From contig CAWENL010000001.1 in assembly GCA_963810435.1 (NCBI GenBank), positions 1,456,276 to 1,480,275 of the forward strand: a stretch of 24,000 nucleotides of DNA, written 5' to 3'. A program made the position numbers and the translations under genes. This document shows, one piece after another, positions 1-6,621 of the stretch (its first letter is position 1; every line of letters starts with the position of its first letter). The notes beneath the pieces were generated by a model. It ran no database searches. It was not told where the DNA came from and was given only the letters and a program-made list of their open reading frames with translations. The stretch comes from an uncultured Actinomycetota bacterium. Its GTDB lineage: Bacteria; Actinomycetota; Actinomycetes; Propionibacteriales; Nocardioidaceae.

Positions 1-2
1 TC

Positions 3-803
3 GATTGGATCTCGACGCACTGGTCGGGTGCCACGTCCGCCGTCGCCAACGGCGTCACGGACGCGGTCATCAACAAGCTCCAGTACGTCCTGGCGGGTTC
101 ACCCTGGTTCGTGACCGGGCTGGCGATCCTGGCGATCGCGGTGATCGTGGGGGGCTGGCGCGCCGGGGTGGCTACGGTCGTCTGCCTGGCCGGGCTGCGC
201 TGGCTCGAGCTGTGGAACAACGCGATGATCACGCTGACCGCGACCCTGGTGGCGGCGATCGTGGTGATGGTTCTGGCAGCGGTCCTCGGGGTGTGGATGG
301 GACGAAGCGGGCGAGTCGACGGGATGATCAGACCACTGCTCGACGCTGGACAGACCCTGCCGCCGTTCGTCTACCTGATTCCGGTGCTGGCCCTGTTCGG
401 GCCCACCCGGTTCACGGCGATCGTCGCGGCGATCGCCTACGCCGCCCCGGCCGCGATCAAGATCGTGGCGGACGGCATCAAGGCGGTCTCGTCGACCACG
501 GTCGAGGCGGCTGAGTCGGCCGGTGCACTCACGATCCAGATCATCACCAAGGTGCAGATCCCGATGGCCCGCTCGGCGTTCACGGTGGCCACCAACCAGG
601 GGCTGCTCTACGTGCTGGCGATGGTGGTGATCGGCGGGCTCGTAGGCGCCGGGGCGCTCGGCTACGACGTCGTCGCCGGCTTCAAGCAACTCGACACCCA
701 GGGGCGCGGTCTGGCAGCCGGCTTCTCGATCGTGCTGTTGGGTGTGATGCTGGACCGGATCACCACGTACGCAGCACGTCGGGGGGAGGGGAGGTCTACA
801 TGA
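3..803 (+). CDS. ABC transporter permease, glycine betaine/proline type (ProW/OpuAB-like), 5' end outside the window
   Basis: The frame stays open back to the window edge (DWISTHWSGATSAV...), so the GTG at 111 is probably not the true start. The protein is polytopic and hydrophobic, with the typical permease core LPPFVYLIPVLALFG...IVAAIAYAAPAAIK...ESAGA. High third-position GC. The stop overlaps the next gene's start (ATGA at 800-803). Confidence 0.85.
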   Translation, partial: DWISTHWSGATSAVANGVTDAVINKLQYVLAGSPWFVTGLAILAIAVIVGGWRAGVATVVCLAGLRWLELWNNAMITLTATLVAAIVVMVLAAVLGVWMGRSGRVDGMIRPLLDAGQTLPPFVYLIPVLALFGPTRFTAIVAAIAYAAPAAIKIVADGIKAVSSTTVEAAESAGALTIQIITKVQIPMARSAFTVATNQGLLYVLAMVVIGGLVGAGALGYDVVAGFKQLDTQGRGLAAGFSIVLLGVMLDRITTYAARRGEGRST

Positions 804-1756
804 GGCTGCAAGGCTTGGTCGCTCCGCTGGCCGCGGTCGGGCTGCTGGTGGCTGCTGTGCTCCCCGGGGTCGGCAGCACGATCCCGCAGGCCGATGCCTC
901 CTCGCAGACCAAGTGCGGCGAGGTCAGCATCGCGGTGAACAACTGGGTCGGCTACGAAGCCGATGCTTTCGTGGTCGGACAGGTCGCCCACGACAAGCTC
1001 GGCTGCATCGTGAACTACGTGTACGTCGACGAGCAGATCTCCTGGCAGGGCTTCGCCAGCGGTCAGGTGGACGCGGTGCTGGAGAACTGGGGGCATCCGG
1101 AGCTCATCGATCTCTACGTCAAGAAGCTGCACGTTGCCCAGGACGCCGGCAGCATCGGCATCACCGGGCAGATCGGCTGGTACGTCCCCCCGTGGATGAA
1201 GAAGAAGTACCCCGACATCACCAGCTGGAAGAACCTCAACAAGTACGCCAAGCTCTTCCGGACCTCCGAGTCGGGAGGCAAGGGCCAGCTGCTCGACGGT
1301 GATCCCGGCTTCGTCACCAACGACGAGGCGCTGGTGAAGAACCTCAAGCTGGACTACAAGGTGGTCTTCGCGGGCAGCGAGGCGGCGCTCATCCAGGCCT
1401 TCCGCTCGGGGCAGAAGCGGAAGAAGCCGGTGATCGGCTACTTCTACTCGCCGCAGTGGTTCCTCTCCGAGGTACCGCTGGTCAAGGTCAACCTGCCGAA
1501 GTACAAGCCCGGCTGCGATGCGGACCCTGCCAAGGTGAACTGCGACTACCCGGACTACCCGCTGCACAAGATCGTCAGCACGCAGTTCGCAAGCTCCAAC
1601 TCCACCGGCTACCGGCTCATCAAGAGCTTCACGTGGTCCGACGACGACCAGAACACGGTGGCGAAGTTCATCACCGAGGACGGCATGGCTCCCGAGGACG
1701 CCGCGCAGAAGTGGATCGACGCCCATCCGGGCAAGGTCGCCTCCTGGCTGAAGTGA
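800..1756 (+). CDS. Glycine betaine/choline-type ABC substrate-binding protein (ProX/OpuAC-like), secreted
   Basis: N-terminal signal peptide (MRLQGLVAPLAAVGLLVAAVLPG...ADA). Family-typical segments NNWVGYEADAFV, ENWGHPEL, GQIGWYVPPWM, GYFYSPQWF. GGGGAGGGGAGG ribosome-binding site just upstream. ATGA coupling to the permease. Confidence 0.85.
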   Translation: MRLQGLVAPLAAVGLLVAAVLPGVGSTIPQADASSQTKCGEVSIAVNNWVGYEADAFVVGQVAHDKLGCIVNYVYVDEQISWQGFASGQVDAVLENWGHPELIDLYVKKLHVAQDAGSIGITGQIGWYVPPWMKKKYPDITSWKNLNKYAKLFRTSESGGKGQLLDGDPGFVTNDEALVKNLKLDYKVVFAGSEAALIQAFRSGQKRKKPVIGYFYSPQWFLSEVPLVKVNLPKYKPGCDADPAKVNCDYPDYPLHKIVSTQFASSNSTGYRLIKSFTWSDDDQNTVAKFITEDGMAPEDAAQKWIDAHPGKVASWLK

Positions 1757-1877
1757 CCCACCTGCGAAACCCGGATGCCGACCCACTCCCTGCGCGGCAA
1801 CGCCGCCTCCGAGGATTCGCGGCTGGAGTGGGCGACCGCCGCACGCCGCTGACCCCGATCTCCCCCGTCGCGCCTGG

Positions 1878-1907
1878 TTGACAGCCGCGGCAGGGGAGAC
1901 GCATGGT
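1878..1907 (+). promoter_or_regulatory. Candidate sigma-70-type promoter (TTGACA, 18 nt, CATGGT) for the dehydrogenase-etf genes
   Basis: Perfect -35 hexamer TTGACA at 1878-1883. Weak -10-like CATGGT at 1902-1907. It lies in the only lower-GC patch of the 212-nt intergenic region. No transcription start data. Confidence 0.3.
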
Positions 1908-1932
1908 TAAGCCTGTCTCATATAGCGCACAG

Positions 1933-1951
1933 AGTTGCGCAAGACGCAACT
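1933..1951. promoter_or_regulatory. 19-bp palindrome AGTTGCG-N5-CGCAACT, candidate operator or 5'-UTR hairpin
   Basis: Perfect 7-bp inverted arms (1933-1939 and 1945-1951). It sits between the candidate promoter and the GGGAGG ribosome-binding site of the 1969 start. Confidence 0.45.
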
Positions 1952-1968
1952 ACCGAAGGGAGGCCGCC

Positions 1969-4491
1969 ATGGCCTCGGTCCCGTCCTCCGCCCGCGTCGT
2001 GGTCATCGGCGCCGGCATCGTCGGCAACAGCCTGGTCCAGCATCTCGCCCGGCTGGGCTGGAAGGACATCGTCCAGCTCGACAAGGGGGCGCTGCCCAAC
2101 CCGGGTGGCTCCACCGGCCACGCCTCGAACTTCATCTTCCCCGTGGACCACAGTCGTGAGATCACGGACCTGACCCTCGACTCCGTCGAGCAGTACAAGG
2201 AGATGGGGGTCTTCACCGAGTCCGGCGGGTTCGAGGTGGCGCGCACGGAGGAGCGGATGGAGGAGCTGCGCCGCCGGATGTCCTCGGCCAAGGCCTGGGG
2301 CATCGACGCCGAGCTGGTGACCCCTGACGTCGTGACCGAGCGGGTTCCGTTCCTCGACGCCGACCAGATCATCGGCGCCTTCTGGACCCCCTCGGTGGGC
2401 GTCGTGGACTCGCTGCGCGCCGGCACCATCATGCGTGAGGAGGCGATGGCCTCCGGTGCGCTCACCGTGGTCCCCACCGTCGAGGTCGTGGGCCTCGACG
2501 TCGAGGACGGCGCCATCCGACGCGTCCGCACCACCGGTGGCGACATCGAGGCCGAGACCGTGGTCATCGCGTGCGGCGTCTGGAGCCCCAAGATCGGCGA
2601 CATGGCCGGCATCAGCATCCCGCTGACACCCGCCGTGCACCAGATGATCAGCGTCGGGCCGTGCCCGCAGCTCGCCGGTCACGAGGGGGAGATCTCCTTC
2701 CCGATCGTGCGGGACATGGACGCGCTCTGCTACGAGCGCCAGCACGGTGCCGACATGGAGGTCGGTTCCTACGCGCACCGGGCGATCCTGCACGAGCCCG
2801 AGGAGATCCCCTCCGTCGAGCAGGCCAAGCTGTCGCCGACCGAGATGCCCTTCACCTCCGACGACTTCGACCCGCAGCTGGAGCAGGCCTTCGAGCTGAT
2901 GCCGGAGCTGCTCGGCGCCGACGGCGCGGAGATCCGCTACGCCATCAACGGGCTGCTCTCGCTGACCTGCGACGGGAGCCCCATCCTCGGGGAGAGCCAG
3001 GTCGCGGGACTCTGGACCGCCTCCGCCGTCTGGATCAAGGAAGGTCCCGGCGTGGGACGCGCGGTCGCCGAGTGGATGACGTACGGCCAGTCCGAGATCG
3101 ACGTCTCCGCCTCCGACATCGCCCGGTTCTACCCGCACCAGATGCGCCGCGAGCACACCCGGCTGCGCACCACCGAGTCGTTCATCAAGACCTACGGCAT
3201 CGTGCACCCCGCCGAGCAGTACGAGTCCGACCGCGATCAGCGGCTGTCCCCGATGCACGACTCGCAGGTGAAGCTCGGTGCCCGGTTCTTCGAGGCCGTC
3301 GGCTGGGAACGTCCGCAGTGGTACGAGTCCAACGCCGACCTGCTCGAGGTGTACGGCGACGCCGTGATGCCGCGCGAGCACGAGTGGGACGCGCGCTGGT
3401 GGAGCCCGATCATCAACGCCGAGCACCTCCGGATGCGTGAGGCCGCCGGCATCATCGACCTGACCGCCTTCGCGATCTTCGACCTCACCGGCCCTGGGGC
3501 TCTGGACGCGGTGCAGCGCACGTGCGTGGCGCAGTGCGACGTCGCGGTGGGCAAGGTGATCTACACGCCGGTGCTCGACCACAAGGGCGGGTTCCGCTCC
3601 GACCTCACGGTGATGCGGCTCGGCGAGGACCACTTCCGCGTCGTCACCGGAGGCGCGCACGGGATGGCCGACCGCAAGTGGTTCGCCGACCAGCTGCCCG
3701 CAGACGGCTCCGTGGAGCTGACCGACCGCACCGACGAGCTCTCCACCATCGGGCTGTGGGGCCCGCGCGCACGCGACATCCTCGCCTCGCTCACCGACGC
3801 CGACGTGTCCGGCGAGGGGTTCGGGATGCTGACCTGCCGCGAGATCGACGTGGACGGGACCACGGTGCTGGCCTCCCGCATCTCCTACGTCGGGGAGCTC
3901 GGCTGGGAGCTCTACGCCCCGATGGAGCACGCCGCGGGGCTGTGGGAGCGGCTGCTCGAGGCGGGCGCGCCGCACGATGCCCGTCCGGTGGGGATCGGCG
4001 TCTACGCCACGACCGGACGGATCGAGAAGGGCTACCGCGCCTTCGGGTACGAGCTCGACGGCGAGCGGACCATCGTCGAGGCCGGCATGCAGCGCCCCAA
4101 GGTCAAGGCAGCCGACTTCGTGGGCAAGGCGGCCTACCTCGCGCAGCGGGAGGCGCTGTCCTCGTCGGGACCGGAGACGGTGCTGTGCACGCTGACCGTC
4201 GACGACCACACGTCGGGCGACGGCACGAAGCGCTACATGCTCGGCGGCGAGCCGATCCTCACCCGTGACGGAAGTCTGCTGACCGACGGCCACGGCCACC
4301 ACCCCTACGTGACCTCGGCCGGCTCGGCGCCCTCGCTCGGCAAGCACGTGCTGCTCGCCTACCTGCCACCGGCCGAGGCGCGGGTCGACAACCTGCTCGC
4401 GGTCTCCTACATGGAGCAGCTCTACCCCGTGACGGTCGTCTCGGCCGATGCGACCGCCCCGTTCGACCCCGGCAACGAGCGGATGCGCTGA
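1969..4491 (+). CDS. FAD-dependent oxidoreductase fused to a GcvT-like folate-binding aminomethyltransferase domain (dimethylglycine/sarcosine dehydrogenase or oxidase family), 840 aa
   Basis: Start chosen at ATG 1969 (MASVPSSARVVVIGAGIVGNS...), which has GAAGGGAGG 6-8 nt upstream and places the GxGxxG dinucleotide fold at the N-terminus. The track's 1903 start adds an unlikely leader. The C-terminal half has GcvT-like segments (ISYVGELGWELY, GIGVYATTGRIEKGY). The TGATG junction overlaps etfB. Confidence 0.85.
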   Translation: MASVPSSARVVVIGAGIVGNSLVQHLARLGWKDIVQLDKGALPNPGGSTGHASNFIFPVDHSREITDLTLDSVEQYKEMGVFTESGGFEVARTEERMEELRRRMSSAKAWGIDAELVTPDVVTERVPFLDADQIIGAFWTPSVGVVDSLRAGTIMREEAMASGALTVVPTVEVVGLDVEDGAIRRVRTTGGDIEAETVVIACGVWSPKIGDMAGISIPLTPAVHQMISVGPCPQLAGHEGEISFPIVRDMDALCYERQHGADMEVGSYAHRAILHEPEEIPSVEQAKLSPTEMPFTSDDFDPQLEQAFELMPELLGADGAEIRYAINGLLSLTCDGSPILGESQVAGLWTASAVWIKEGPGVGRAVAEWMTYGQSEIDVSASDIARFYPHQMRREHTRLRTTESFIKTYGIVHPAEQYESDRDQRLSPMHDSQVKLGARFFEAVGWERPQWYESNADLLEVYGDAVMPREHEWDARWWSPIINAEHLRMREAAGIIDLTAFAIFDLTGPGALDAVQRTCVAQCDVAVGKVIYTPVLDHKGGFRSDLTVMRLGEDHFRVVTGGAHGMADRKWFADQLPADGSVELTDRTDELSTIGLWGPRARDILASLTDADVSGEGFGMLTCREIDVDGTTVLASRISYVGELGWELYAPMEHAAGLWERLLEAGAPHDARPVGIGVYATTGRIEKGYRAFGYELDGERTIVEAGMQRPKVKAADFVGKAAYLAQREALSSSGPETVLCTLTVDDHTSGDGTKRYMLGGEPILTRDGSLLTDGHGHHPYVTSAGSAPSLGKHVLLAYLPPAEARVDNLLAVSYMEQLYPVTVVSADATAPFDPGNERMR

Positions 4492-5264
4492 TGACGAACG
4501 CCCTGGTCTGCATCAAGCGCGTGCCCGATCTCGGCGGCGAGATCACGCTCACCCCGGACGGCATGGGGGTCGACGACTCCTCCTTGGGCCACACGGTGAG
4601 TCCGCACGAGGACTGTGCGGTCGAGCTGGCCATCCAGACGGCGAAGGACACCGGTGGCCAGGCCACGGTGCTGACGCTCGGGTCCGCCGACGCCGTCGAG
4701 CAGCTGCGCAACGCGCTCGCGCTCGGGTGCAGCGGCGCGGTGCTCGTCGAGGCCGACGCGGCGTCGTACGGTCCGGCCGACGTCGCCGCGGCGATCGCCG
4801 ACGTGGTGCGCGCGCACGAGGCCGCCGGGACGACGTACGACGTCGTGCTGCTGGGCAACGACGCGTCCGACACCGGCGACTTCCAGGTCGGCATCCGGCT
4901 GGCCTACCTGCTCGAGCGGCCGGTGGTCGCGGGCATCTCGACGCTGAGCGTGTCGGGCGAGCAGGTGGTTGCCCGCGGGGCTGCCCCCGACGGCGGCACC
5001 GAGGTGTTCGAGGTCGCGCTGCCCGCCGTGCTCACCGTGATGGAGGGCGGCGTGGAACCCCGCTACCCGAGCATCCCGGGACGCATGAAGGCCAAGAAGG
5101 TGGCCGTCGAGACCGTCGAGCCCACCCGCTCGCCGGTGGGCTCCGCCCGTCGCCGGCTCAGGCTCCCGGAGGCGCAGCCGAGCCAGGTGACCATCCTGGG
5201 CAAGGGACCCGAGGCCGCCCAGGCCGTGGTCGACCTGTTCGAGAAGATCGGAGTCAGCCGATGA
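4491..5264 (+). CDS. etfB: Electron transfer flavoprotein beta subunit
   Basis: MTNALVCIKRVPD... N-terminus, typical length of 257 aa, C-terminal ...YPSIPGRMKAKK segment. Coupled to etfA by ATGA at 5261-5264. Confidence 0.9.
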   Translation: MTNALVCIKRVPDLGGEITLTPDGMGVDDSSLGHTVSPHEDCAVELAIQTAKDTGGQATVLTLGSADAVEQLRNALALGCSGAVLVEADAASYGPADVAAAIADVVRAHEAAGTTYDVVLLGNDASDTGDFQVGIRLAYLLERPVVAGISTLSVSGEQVVARGAAPDGGTEVFEVALPAVLTVMEGGVEPRYPSIPGRMKAKKVAVETVEPTRSPVGSARRRLRLPEAQPSQVTILGKGPEAAQAVVDLFEKIGVSR

Positions 5265-6229
5265 CCGGTGCGGTCCTGGTGCTCGTCGAGACCGACGAGG
5301 AGGGCGCCATCGAGGTGTCCCGCGAGACCCTGACGTTCGCGCGGAGCCTCGGCGGCGAGGTGCACGCGCTGCTCGTGGGCGACGGCCCGGCCGGGCTTGT
5401 CGAGCAGCTCGGAGCGTACGGCGTCACGGGGGTGCGGCACGCCAGCGGTGACGCATTCACCTCCTACGCCGCGGCCGCCTGGGCCGGCGCAGTGGTGGCG
5501 GCTGCGGAGGACGTGTCCCTGGTGATGGCCGCGGGCACGCAGCGGGGCAACGAGGTGCTGGCCCACGTCGCGGTCCGACTCGGCGTGACGATGGCGGCCA
5601 ACGTCGTCGCCGTCGACTCCACCGAGCCCCTGGTCGTGTCTCGACAGGTGCTCGGCGGTGCCGCGATGGAGGAGATGCCGCTGCCCGACGCGGTCGGCGT
5701 GCTCACCGTCGCCGGTCACGCCTGCGACCCGGAGCCGGCCCAGGTCAACACCGCCCCCGAGGTCACCCCGCTCGACGTCGTCGTCCCCGAGGCCGACCTG
5801 AGGGCCCGCGTGCTGCGCACCGAGCCGGGGGAGCCCGACGAGTCCGGAAGCCTCAAGTCCGCGCGGGTCGTCGTGGGTGCCGGCCGCGGTGCGGGCGGTG
5901 CGGGCGGCTTCGAGGACCTGCTGGAGCTGGCCGGGTTGCTCGACGCCTCGCTGGGTGTCTCGCGGGTGGTGACCAGCCTGGGCTGGCGACCGCACCACGA
6001 GCAGATCGGGCAGACCGGAAGCCGGGTCACTCCGGACCTGTACGTCGCCTGCGGCATCAGCGGCGCCATCCAGCACTGGGCCGGCATGTCGAGCTCGAAG
6101 ACGATCCTGGCGATCAACACCGACCCGGACGCGCCGATGGTGACCAAGGCGCACTACGCGGTGATCGGCGACCTGCACGAGATCGTGCCGGCGATCAACG
6201 AGGAGCTCCGCCGCCGGCGCTCGGCCTGA
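5261..6229 (+). CDS. etfA: Electron transfer flavoprotein alpha subunit
   Basis: Start at ATG 5261 inside the longer track ORF 4448-6229. The upstream part of that ORF is Arg/Gly-rich out-of-frame overlap of etfB. Signature FAD-binding C-terminus PDLYVACGISGAIQHWAGMSSSKTILAINTDPDAPM. Confidence 0.9.
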   Translation: MTGAVLVLVETDEEGAIEVSRETLTFARSLGGEVHALLVGDGPAGLVEQLGAYGVTGVRHASGDAFTSYAAAAWAGAVVAAAEDVSLVMAAGTQRGNEVLAHVAVRLGVTMAANVVAVDSTEPLVVSRQVLGGAAMEEMPLPDAVGVLTVAGHACDPEPAQVNTAPEVTPLDVVVPEADLRARVLRTEPGEPDESGSLKSARVVVGAGRGAGGAGGFEDLLELAGLLDASLGVSRVVTSLGWRPHHEQIGQTGSRVTPDLYVACGISGAIQHWAGMSSSKTILAINTDPDAPMVTKAHYAVIGDLHEIVPAINEELRRRRSA

Positions 6230-6255
6230 CCGGCGACAGGGCGGCGGCCCGGCGA

Positions 6256-6621
6256 GTGGACAGGCCGGCGACAGGGCAGACTGGGCGCGTGCGCCGACGA
6301 CTCGACCTGCTGGCGGTGATCTCGGCCGTGCTCACCTTCGCGGTGGTGGTCATGTACCTGTTGCTGGCGGCTCTGGAGGGGGCTCGTCCCACGGTCTGGG
6401 CCGTGGCGATGCTCACCGCAGCGGGTGCCGGCGCGGTCTACGCGAGCCGGCCCACCTCGCGGCTGCGCCGTACGGTCATCGGTCTCAGCGCGGGCATGCT
6501 GCTGTACCTCGGTTACCTGACGCTGTTCTCGGTCGGGCTGCCCCTGGTGCTCTCGGGGATGCTCTGCGTGGCCTCCGCGCTCGGGGCGGGGCCGCCGCGC
6601 GACTGGCGCGACACCGTCTAG
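6256..6621 (+). CDS. Hypothetical small integral membrane protein (about 4 predicted TM helices); start uncertain (GTG 6256 or GTG 6289)
   Basis: Strong third-position GC bias. Four hydrophobic stretches (LLAVISAVLTFAVVVMYLLLAAL, VWAVAMLTAAGAGAVYA, VIGLSAGMLLYLGYLTLF, LPLVLSGMLCVASAL). No recognisable family. Confidence 0.45.
   Translation: MDRPATGQTGRVRRRLDLLAVISAVLTFAVVVMYLLLAALEGARPTVWAVAMLTAAGAGAVYASRPTSRLRRTVIGLSAGMLLYLGYLTLFSVGLPLVLSGMLCVASALGAGPPRDWRDTV

Noticed and set aside
1896-1920. GAGAC ... GTCTCA half-sites upstream of the dehydrogenase gene, and a lone TGAGAC at 8217-8222, as possible extra members of the palindrome regulon
   Set aside because: The orientation and spacing are wrong (everted arms 14 nt apart) or the site is a single hexamer. 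Hexamer half-sites also occur inside coding regions (for example 6482 and 14822), so they carry little information.
1918-4347. 809-aa ORF on the - strand, antisense to the dehydrogenase. Similar long antisense or out-of-frame ORFs: 662-1786 (-), 5063-6178 (-), 9783-11678 (+), 12102-13934 (-), 13873-15309 (-), 16032-17063 (-), 19383-21200 (-), 21880-23166 (-), 22047-23327 (+).
   Set aside because: They are typical high-GC shadow ORFs. They are Arg/Gly/Pro/Asp-rich with low complexity and no recognisable motifs. GC is highest at the wrong codon position. Each is fully overlapped by a gene with clear family signatures on the other strand or frame.
4448-5260. Upstream extension of the etfA ORF. 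The same applies to the 18651-19565 extension of groEL, the 16856-17779 extension of the DUF59 gene and the 21442-21891 extension of mntH.
   Set aside because: These extensions overlap the preceding well-supported genes out of frame and are Arg/Gly-rich. Internal starts with ribosome-binding sites or ATGA/GTGA coupling give proteins that begin at the family-typical N-termini.
6618-6621. Convergent genes whose stop codons overlap in the palindrome CTAG
   Set aside because: It is real in the sequence but is a trivial consequence of TAG stops on both strands. I see no hairpin or other element here, and the + strand ORF itself is only moderately supported.
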